This document shows, in pieces, positions 10,453 through 20,000 of a DNA stretch of 20,000 bases (positions are counted from its first letter, which is position 1; each line of letters starts with the position of its first letter). The translations under genes and the position numbers were made by a program. The notes beneath the pieces were generated by a model. It made no database searches. It was not told the origin of the DNA and saw nothing but the letters and a program-made list of their open reading frames with translations. The stretch comes from an uncultured virus (IMG/VR IMGVR_UViG_3300042544_003642) (lineage: Duplodnaviria; Heunggongvirae; Uroviricota; Caudoviricetes), in IMG/VR virus record IMGVR_UViG_3300042544_003642; one strand, written 5' to 3'.

Positions 10453-10877
10453 TGGCAGTAATCAGCAGAGTAAATCCCAATTTTCCAGTTCCTGGTATTG
10501 ATCAAAGCTCAAAAGGCTTTCGAGACAATTTCTCCACTATCAAAACAGAGATTGAAAATCTTCAAGGCAAAACAATCTTGATTACTGGCGATGTAGTATC
10601 TGGACCAGTGCTTATTGATTCAGGCACAAGTCCAGTAATTATCTCCACAGTGGGTTTGGTGTTTCGTCAAAGTTTTGTAGCTGCGGACTTAGTGGGAGGT
10701 GTGCTCCCAGTAGCTCATAACCTGGGACAGAAAATAGTTTTGGTGCAGGTAAGCAACAATTTGAGCCAAGTAATAACACCTGATAGCATTACGCTCACAA
10801 GTACCAGCGCATGTTCAATTGATTTAACAAGTTTTCTGCCACTTGTGGGTAATTGGAACTTGATAGTGAGGGCTTAG
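10452..10877 (+). CDS. Virion protein sharing the GFRDNF N-terminal domain with the upstream fibre
   Basis: NPNFPVPGIDQSSKGFRDNFSTIKTEIENLQ; C-terminal VAHNLG..V.VQV module typical of phage fibre-associated proteins; TAATG coupling with the upstream stop. Confidence 0.75.
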
Positions 10878-11815
10878 CCCTCATTTGCCACACTGCTGAG
10901 TTCAATCAAACATGCTGAAAAATTGATCTCAGGATCAGCACACATGGCATGGTCTCTCAGCCGGTTAGCAATGATAACAATCGCTGCATTCTGTTGTTTA
11001 TCACTTGGACCCCACCAGTTGAGATTTTGATACAAAAGTCGATAAGCTTCTTCAAATTCAGCACCTTGCAGCTTGGGTGCCAACAGCTTTCTGGCTTCTT
11101 GAATCTTGCCTTCGCGGAACAGTCCAACAGCTTGCACGATGTAGTCGCTTGTGGCGCTAGCAGTGCCTTCACCTGGTCGTTGTAGTGTTTTGTTGATGCA
11201 GTTTTGTTGCAGCATGTTGATACACTTGCGTAGATCAGGATAGCATGCTGATACGTAATCATCCAGAATCTCAAAATTATGTTCAGTGAGATCAATGCCT
11301 TCGCTCATAAGAACTGTAGCAATGCGCTCTACAAACTGATCGCGTTCAAGGCTTTGGATTTCAAATGTTTGGCACCTGCTCTTGAGTGCTGGAATGATTT
11401 TGTGACCATAATTAGCAGTGAGAATGAAACGTGCCCCATCACTGTAGGTCTCAACCATGTTGCGCAATCCTGATTGCGCTGCGACAGTTAGACCGTCAGC
11501 TTCGTCGATAATCACATAACGAAACTCGCCCATGGGCATAGTAGACACAAAGTTTTCAAGATCACGTACAAAGTCGATACCATTTGTTGTAGATCCATTT
11601 ACAAACTTGATATCTGAATTATCTACATCCAGCTCTCTCATCAGCATCATAGCTAGTGCAGTCTTACCAATTCCTGGATGCCCAATTAGCAATAGATTAG
11701 GCAGATGGCGCTCAGCTACCCAAGTTTCCACTTGGGCTTTCTGAGCACTGTTACTCCAAACATACTCACTAAGTTGGCTTGGTCGATATTGTTGTACCCA
11801 AAGCTTTTTGCTCAT
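10874..11815 (-). CDS. Sliding-clamp loader AAA+ subunit (RFC small subunit / T4 gp44-like)
   Basis: LWVQQYRP, Walker A GHPGIGKT, Walker B IIDEAD, FILTAN, SRC motif (LKSRC), PDLRKCIN. Start at 11815 after GAGGG SD (track start 11842). Confidence 0.95.
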   Translation of the reverse strand: MSKKLWVQQYRPSQLSEYVWSNSAQKAQVETWVAERHLPNLLLIGHPGIGKTALAMMLMRELDVDNSDIKFVNGSTTNGIDFVRDLENFVSTMPMGEFRYVIIDEADGLTVAAQSGLRNMVETYSDGARFILTANYGHKIIPALKSRCQTFEIQSLERDQFVERIATVLMSEGIDLTEHNFEILDDYVSACYPDLRKCINMLQQNCINKTLQRPGEGTASATSDYIVQAVGLFREGKIQEARKLLAPKLQGAEFEEAYRLLYQNLNWWGPSDKQQNAAIVIIANRLRDHAMCADPEINFSACLIELSSVANEG

Positions 11816-11845
11816 CTTGCCCTCATGCAATTTCATATACACATG

Positions 11846-11874
11846 AGTTTGTAGTGTAGAGAAAACTGTGTCAA
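11846..11874 (-). promoter_or_regulatory. Sigma70-like promoter for the clamp loader (TTGACA-N17-CAAACT)
   Basis: Perfect -35 at 11869-11874, overlapping the groES stop; -10 at 11846-11851. Confidence 0.6.
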
Positions 11875-12203
11875 CAGTCCTCTACAAGGAGAATGCTTTC
11901 TGGCTCTACCATTCTCACAACTGTGATTTCGCCATCAGGAGCAGCCACAGACACTCCACGGCTCCAGCGACCGTGAGAGATCAGCACACGATCTCCCTTT
12001 TTGACATCATCTACGTCCTTGCCTACTGAATAAACTGTAGCCCAGCGTGGACGTACGCCACGCTCTTTCCCATCGTCGTCACCAATTATGAGACCACTTT
12101 TGGTTCGACGCTCACCATGTTCCATGTTATGCACTAGGACTCGATTAGGCAATGGGCGAATCTCACCCTCTGTGTGCCAATCAAAAGGTTCAAAATTAGT
12201 CAT
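11871..12203 (-). CDS. groES: GroES-like co-chaperonin (phage type)
   Basis: IRPLPNRVLV, mobile loop TKSGLII, VYSVG..V..VKKGDRVLI, ESILLV; ATG 12203 preferred. Confidence 0.88.
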   Translation of the reverse strand: MTNFEPFDWHTEGEIRPLPNRVLVHNMEHGERRTKSGLIIGDDDGKERGVRPRWATVYSVGKDVDDVKKGDRVLISHGRWSRGVSVAAPDGEITVVRMVEPESILLVEDC

Positions 12204-12579
12204 CTTTTTCTGCAATTTTCCGTTTTGGTGTTGGTGTAATAACTCCAGATCCCACTAGTTCTTGAATTGTGGGAAACTCAACATCAGGCAAAGTAGCTGC
12301 TCTTGGGGTAGGCATAGGAGGAGGTGCTGCTTGTGAGAGAGGTTGTTCGCTTTTGATATCAGCAGTAAAAGTTTGTGACATGGCTCTAGCCGCAGCCCAT
12401 TCAGCTTCAACCTGTTCTTGTGTTTTCAAAATGATACCCCCCTCGCCAAGAATGTCACCCTTTGCATTCATGCGTGCATTTCCTAATGCAACTTGTTGCT
12501 GATTTTGTAAGCTCAAGGCTGAAAAATCTATAATTTCTCCCCGCATACTTCTGTGTTGACGTCTAAAATGTCCGGCCAT
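12196..12579 (-). CDS. Hypothetical phage protein (likely late/structural)
   Basis: 127 aa; RSMRGEIIDF..L...ALGNARMNAKGDILGEGG N-domain and a Pro-rich tail; TAAATA at 12608-12613. Confidence 0.75.
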   Translation of the reverse strand: MAGHFRRQHRSMRGEIIDFSALSLQNQQQVALGNARMNAKGDILGEGGIILKTQEQVEAEWAAARAMSQTFTADIKSEQPLSQAAPPPMPTPRAATLPDVEFPTIQELVGSGVITPTPKRKIAEKDD

Positions 12580-12603
12580 TATGGTTCCTTGCTCACTGTA
12601 AAA

Positions 12604-13110
12604 TTAGTATTTAATTTTGAAAAATTCCTGGTAGTCAAGATCATAGTCTAAGGGATTGATTTTGTTAACGCCAATAAGATATAGCACAAAACAGCTTACG
12701 CTACTCCCTCTGCCTACTCCCCACACTAACCCGTGACTCCTCCAAGTATCTACAAGATAGATCAAATGATGGAAGATGGGTTCAGCATTTAGTGAAGATA
12801 TGAGTCCCAGTTCCAGAAGTGCTCGTTGCGTTTGTTCTTTGTTAACACATCTTGTTAGACAATACTGTTTCAAATCAATGCATGTGTATTCCTCAGGCGT
12901 AAACCAGTCACGCTTTTTTGGATCAGATGCATGACTGGGGATAGGCCAATAATCTAGTTTTTCACATTGCTGCAAGAATGCACTTTTTGCTGGTGAATCT
13001 TGCCACTCAAAAATATTATCCAGCTTGTTTTGATACGCCAATTCAATAATTCCTTGACCACTCACAAAAGGAGTTCCTTCATTGTCAAAAACTACAAGGT
13101 CGTTATTCAT
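12604..13110 (-). CDS. DNA polymerase III alpha (DnaE)-like fragment
   Basis: R...EL.LI......F...YLVD.WR..GLVWGVGRGSSVSCFVLYLIGVNKINPLDYDL matches the family C polymerase GxGRGSxxxSLVxYxLGITxxDP..Y.L region; only 168 aa. Confidence 0.85.
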   Translation of the reverse strand: MNNDLVVFDNEGTPFVSGQGIIELAYQNKLDNIFEWQDSPAKSAFLQQCEKLDYWPIPSHASDPKKRDWFTPEEYTCIDLKQYCLTRCVNKEQTQRALLELGLISSLNAEPIFHHLIYLVDTWRSHGLVWGVGRGSSVSCFVLYLIGVNKINPLDYDLDYQEFFKIKY

Positions 13111-13112
13111 AA

Positions 13113-13415
13113 TTATAGTATAGTATACTGTTTTGGACCACGCTTTTGTTTGGAAAGGTCTTCTAACTCTTCTTCCAAGGGGTCAGTATTTACAATAACA
13201 TTTTTGGAAGGATTTTTTGCAGTGTCCTGAGCTGACAGTCTTTGTTCCATCTCTAAATCCAAACTGCCTAGGATACTTTGAAACTGGTCCCATATTTCAC
13301 TACTGCCTTGCCCCCAGATTCTTAGCCTTTGCATCCTGCTTAAAATATCATTTTTTCTTTTTTCCAACTCTTCAAAAGAGACAGCAGTCAAATCATTTAT
13401 TAGGGGGTGTGTCAT
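13113..13415 (-). CDS. Hypothetical protein (helical)
   Basis: 100 aa; ATGA-coupled to the upstream ORF and 2 nt from the downstream ORF. Confidence 0.7.
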   Translation of the reverse strand: MTHPLINDLTAVSFEELEKRKNDILSRMQRLRIWGQGSSEIWDQFQSILGSLDLEMEQRLSAQDTAKNPSKNVIVNTDPLEEELEDLSKQKRGPKQYTIL

Positions 13416-13675
13416 GGTGGTTTGTTTTCTTTTTCAATTAAACCAGCGAATAGTTTGTTTGTTACCTTCCATCCTGCACCACATTTACTGCAATAAAATT
13501 GCAGAGTACGAAAAATGATATTATTAAATGAAAAGCTTGTTTGAGTTTGGCAGGAAGGACATGTAAAGTCAATTTTTTTGACTGGTATATAGCCAGTGGG
13601 CTCAACTTGTTCCACAGAAAAATGGTTATTGACTTTTGCAGCACGCTTATTTGGGAATGGAATAATCTCACACAT
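13412..13675 (-). CDS. Small zinc-ribbon protein
   Basis: CPSC...CSKC pair; N-terminal IIPFP motif. Confidence 0.7.
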   Translation of the reverse strand: MCEIIPFPNKRAAKVNNHFSVEQVEPTGYIPVKKIDFTCPSCQTQTSFSFNNIIFRTLQFYCSKCGAGWKVTNKLFAGLIEKENKPP

Positions 13676-13718
13676 TAGACAGCATCTGTAGGTTTACCAA
13701 TATGTGCTGTGTTGTATT

Positions 13719-14051
13719 TTAAGGGCTAAATTCAATTCCGGTGGCAGTAAAGCTTAAGTTGCCTATTGCACTCTTGACAAATATACTATCACCTGAATCC
13801 AAACCAATGCCTGTCACAGCAAATACTCCGTTGCCTATCAAGGGTGTATCAAATGCAATATACCGGGCAGTAGTCAAGCTTTGTCCGTCTGGTACTAATG
13901 CTATTCGGAAAAACTCGCTGGTATTTCCTTGATTTGCCACAAACAGTGTTATTTGGGCTTGTCTTTGCAAGGGCACGCTATACAACTGACTGGGAACAGC
14001 AGTATTCAAAGGGCGCAGCTGGTTAAATATTTTAGGAGTAGTGTTAGCCAT
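13719..14051 (-). CDS. Small beta-rich virion/fibre-associated protein
   Basis: LYSVP...I.VAN...FRIA....YIAFD....GI.L..GDSI.V.S...LSF...G.E pattern common in phage structural proteins; ATAAATA at 14084-14090. Confidence 0.65.
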   Translation of the reverse strand: MANTTPKIFNQLRPLNTAVPSQLYSVPLQRQAQITLFVANQGNTSEFFRIALVPDGQSLTTARYIAFDTPLIGNGVFAVTGIGLDSGDSIFVKSAIGNLSFTATGIEFSP

Positions 14052-14086
14052 TGAGTGATATTCCTAGTATGAACCGTCTGCAATAT

Positions 14087-14554
14087 TTATCCCATGTTCT
14101 CGAAGCCACCCATCCCTTGAGACTTTTGAACACTTTCCAATACTGTTTTTGGGTCTACCCAGCAATCATTGCGATAGGGGATCATTTCCCACATCAAAAA
14201 TTGATTACTTGTTAAAAAACTACGGTTCAGGAGTAGATTCTCATTTTCGGCATGACCATAGATGTTGGGATCACTTTGTCCCCACACTACTACACCTTTT
14301 TTGCCTAAACTCCATGCATAGTGTTGAAAAAATGTGTCCACAGAGATCCATGTATTGCATGCCAGAATCAGTTGAGCCAAATCTTTCAGATTTAAATTTT
14401 TGCGGAAATCTTCAACCAATTGAAGTTCGCCATCCACCCCCACTTGCACCACTGGTGGTGGTAATAATTTCACTAGGTCACCCCAGTAGGGATAGTTTTT
14501 GGGATTGGTTTGGCCATTACGTAATGGTTTACTCCAGGGCGCGATCAGAATCAA
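14087..14554 (-). CDS. GT9 (heptosyltransferase-like, GT-B) C-terminal domain only
   Basis: ILIAP...PKNYPYW..LVKLL...VVQVG...LKDLAQLI..C..WISVDTFFQHYAWSLGKKGVVVWG.SDP; TTG start with GGAG SD, TTGA overlap with the upstream stop. Confidence 0.8.
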   Translation of the reverse strand: MILIAPWSKPLRNGQTNPKNYPYWGDLVKLLPPPVVQVGVDGELQLVEDFRKNLNLKDLAQLILACNTWISVDTFFQHYAWSLGKKGVVVWGQSDPNIYGHAENENLLLNRSFLTSNQFLMWEMIPYRNDCWVDPKTVLESVQKSQGMGGFENMG

Positions 14555-15522
14555 TTGTCAACTCCATACAGTTTGCGATAGGCCTTTTCCAAGCTTTCAG
14601 TCCAATTCCACTGTTCCATTTTTTGGTATACGTTTAAGTAACTTATGTCACCAAACAAATGCACTGCCTCACCAATACTGCGTCCTGCTACGATTTCTGG
14701 ATAACAGGAAAACACAACTGGATTTTTTAACAAAGGAAGAACTTTCTGGAACACAACATGATCACCCATACCGCAGTCAAGCACTACCATAGTATGGTCT
14801 CTATAATGTAAATGATTGCGGAAAATAGCATCATCTTTGGAATACATCAATTCATCTTGTTGTCTTATTCCACCAACAGGATTTTTCAAATGCCATGTTA
14901 TTACACCAGGTACAATGAAGATATCAAAGCCCTTTTGTTTCAAACCCCATGTGAACAGGGTTTCTTCTCGGAACCCCACTGGACTTAAGCCCAAATTGTA
15001 GTCATGTATGCCTGCTCGATACACGAAACTACAATGCAAATGATCAACAGCTTTTTTCTCAGCAATGTAATCCCATTGAATGCTTTGTTCTTCAACTTTA
15101 TCAATGGAACCAGTGGCGTTGGTATTTTTCAAAAATGGTGGTGTGAGTATACTACCTCCTACCGCACCAGTGTTGGCATTTAGATGACTTTTAAAGATTT
15201 TCAATGCATTGGGTTCAGCCACAGCGTCGTCATCTAGACGCCACACCCATTCAAACCCCATACGATTGGCAATCTGATGGTTATGATGCGGACCCTGTTT
15301 CCGCCCAAAAATTACTTCCCAAGACAGTTTTTTCTCTTCCAAGATGCACAGAACATGGCGTAGAGTAGGTATCTCTCTAATATCCTCAGTAGGGTCATTG
15401 TCATCAAATATGACCAAGTGGTCAGGTAGTTCTGTTTGAGTTGCCACACTCATGATGCTCATGGCCAGTGTGCTGTGGTATCTGCCTCGAGTAGTAATGC
15501 TGCACAAGACTCCTTTTTTCAT
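14551..15522 (-). CDS. GT2 (GT-A) glycosyltransferase fused to a GT9-like N-terminal domain
   Basis: SITTRGR, VIFDD, WRLDDD (DxD), FREET; C-terminal ~80 aa VVLDCGMGDHVVF..VLPLLK resembles the GT9 N-terminal G[LM]GD motif. Confidence 0.85.
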   Translation of the reverse strand: MKKGVLCSITTRGRYHSTLAMSIMSVATQTELPDHLVIFDDNDPTEDIREIPTLRHVLCILEEKKLSWEVIFGRKQGPHHNHQIANRMGFEWVWRLDDDAVAEPNALKIFKSHLNANTGAVGGSILTPPFLKNTNATGSIDKVEEQSIQWDYIAEKKAVDHLHCSFVYRAGIHDYNLGLSPVGFREETLFTWGLKQKGFDIFIVPGVITWHLKNPVGGIRQQDELMYSKDDAIFRNHLHYRDHTMVVLDCGMGDHVVFQKVLPLLKNPVVFSCYPEIVAGRSIGEAVHLFGDISYLNVYQKMEQWNWTESLEKAYRKLYGVDN

Positions 15523-16985
15523 ATTTTCACTCTTTCGTACTTCTCATTCCATACACCAGTTTGCGTTACTGTGCCATCTATGCCAAACCACAACAAGGGT
15601 ATTTCAAATGTTTTCTTGAAACCATTGTTTTCAAGATGTTCTGCAATTCTTTTGATATCCCTGAAATTGGAGTTGGGATTCATGTCATTGTGAACTTCCA
15701 CAAAAATGGTTTTGAAGCGGCTCAAAACTTCAATTGGTGTATTCAGTAATACATTGAATTCATGCCCTTCAATATCCAGTTTCAAAACCAATTCAGTTCC
15801 CTCAATATTGTGTTTTTTTAACAGAGAAAGTAAGGTTATGGTTTTCACAGACAGATTTTTTGGATCATAGGGTTGGAGCTGGCTGTTGACATCATCATCT
15901 TTGATTGATACCAATATGTCTTCTTGATCTGTAACAGCAAGATTATCTATCTGTATTTGAGGCAAAGAGCTTACTACATCTGCTAAATGTGTGGAGTAGA
16001 CTTTGGGGTTAGCCTCTATAGCCAAGACTTTTGTGGCACCATGAATGAGACTGAATATGCTAAATGTGCCAATATGAGCACCAATATCTACAACAATATT
16101 GCCTTCAAACTCATTTGGCAGAACATGATAACAATTTATTTTGAATATTTCATCAAATAACACATTATTCAACTTTTTGAGCAGGCTAATTGGTTTATGA
16201 AATTTAGGCAATGTTTCTTGAAGCAGTTGCCAAGAGAATTGGGCAGCGTTGGCTTCCACCCAAGCGGGATTATATTTTTGCGCAACCTTGATCATGTTCC
16301 CAGTGAAAATATTATCCCAATCCGGCACAAGTGATGGATCATGAACTGTGCCTTCACCTTTGTGGTATAAAGGAAAATCACTTAACCACATTTTTAAATT
16401 ATAGTCCATGGTGTTTTGCGCCACTTCAATTACTTCAAATCCTGCGTTTTCAGCCTCAATGGAAAATTCAATATCTTCTCCGCTACCAACACCATAGTCT
16501 TCATTCAACAAGCCTATTTTTTCAAAAACTTTTTTGTGAATCATCACACAAAAGAAAATAGCAAAATCACGGCCTGCATGTTCACTATACATTTTGTTTG
16601 TGCACGAAATACCGCATCGCACATTTGTTTCAAAGGGCAAGACCAGCCTAGACAACCAAGTGCCTTTTTCTTGACCCAGCAAAGTTACATCATTACTTAG
16701 TAATACAACTAGATCACAAGAGGCTTCTCTTATGCCTACATTAGTGGCTTTGGAAAATCCCAATGGGGCGTCATTCCAAACAATTTTGAAATGATCCTCC
16801 ATTCCCAGCACTTGAAATTGTTTTTGTAAGTTGGTTAGATAGGTTTTAGTATTATCAACACAGCCATTGGCTGAAATGATCAATTCTATATCTCGCATGT
16901 GCGAATATCTAAAAATTGACTCTAAACAGGGCTTGAGTAGGTCTTCACAGTGATTATAAGTGGGTATAACAATACTATATCTCAT
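15519..16985 (-). CDS. GT2 glycosyltransferase - FkbM-family methyltransferase fusion
   Basis: N-term YSIVIPTYN, GFSKATNVGI, LLSND, IGLLNEDYG.G..EDIEFS; C-term VVDIGAHIGTFS, VLAIEANP, LKLDIEGHEF, IFVEVH. Confidence 0.92.
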   Translation of the reverse strand: MRYSIVIPTYNHCEDLLKPCLESIFRYSHMRDIELIISANGCVDNTKTYLTNLQKQFQVLGMEDHFKIVWNDAPLGFSKATNVGIREASCDLVVLLSNDVTLLGQEKGTWLSRLVLPFETNVRCGISCTNKMYSEHAGRDFAIFFCVMIHKKVFEKIGLLNEDYGVGSGEDIEFSIEAENAGFEVIEVAQNTMDYNLKMWLSDFPLYHKGEGTVHDPSLVPDWDNIFTGNMIKVAQKYNPAWVEANAAQFSWQLLQETLPKFHKPISLLKKLNNVLFDEIFKINCYHVLPNEFEGNIVVDIGAHIGTFSIFSLIHGATKVLAIEANPKVYSTHLADVVSSLPQIQIDNLAVTDQEDILVSIKDDDVNSQLQPYDPKNLSVKTITLLSLLKKHNIEGTELVLKLDIEGHEFNVLLNTPIEVLSRFKTIFVEVHNDMNPNSNFRDIKRIAEHLENNGFKKTFEIPLLWFGIDGTVTQTGVWNEKYERVKI

Positions 16986-17019
16986 ATAATGAGATAGTTG
17001 TTTTCATTCAGAAGGTCAA
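16986..17019 (-). promoter_or_regulatory. Sigma70-like -35 (TTGACC) 28 nt before the ATG of the GT operon; possible leaderless promoter
   Basis: ggtcaa at 17014-17019; no SD upstream of ATG 16985. Confidence 0.35.
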
Positions 17020-17036
17020 TATCTAGCAGGCGACTG

Positions 17037-20000
<2,964 letters not shown>

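Noticed and set aside
13714..13721. TAAAATA upstream of the zinc-ribbon gene as a late promoter
   Set aside because: It does not match TAAATA exactly and overlaps a stop codon in AT-rich sequence; support is insufficient.

Overview
A 20 kb, gene-dense segment of a large (probably jumbo, myovirus-like) dsDNA bacteriophage genome using the standard code. It carries three Thr-rich collagen-like (Gly-Pro-Thr) fibre genes; two of them run off the window edges and the right-hand one ends in a peptidase S74-type intramolecular chaperone. Next to that fibre is a three-gene glycosylation cassette: GT2+FkbM methyltransferase, GT2 fused to the N-half of a GT9/GT-B enzyme, and a stand-alone GT9 C-half. 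Other blocks are a ~1060 aa baseplate-wedge-like protein, a replication/assembly block (clamp loader, GroES-like co-chaperonin, DnaE-like fragment) and an auxiliary-metabolic cluster (Dps, dCMP deaminase, HAD phosphatase, SpeD, WGR-like protein, Fe/Mn SOD, IscA/HesB). Ten genes are preceded at 17-34 nt by a T4-late-like TAAATA motif and four others by sigma70-like TTG-type -35 elements. The most interesting candidate system is a phage-encoded glycosylation/O-methylation pathway for collagen-like virion fibres, alongside late-expressed oxidative-stress genes. All family calls come from motif recognition only; no database searches were run.
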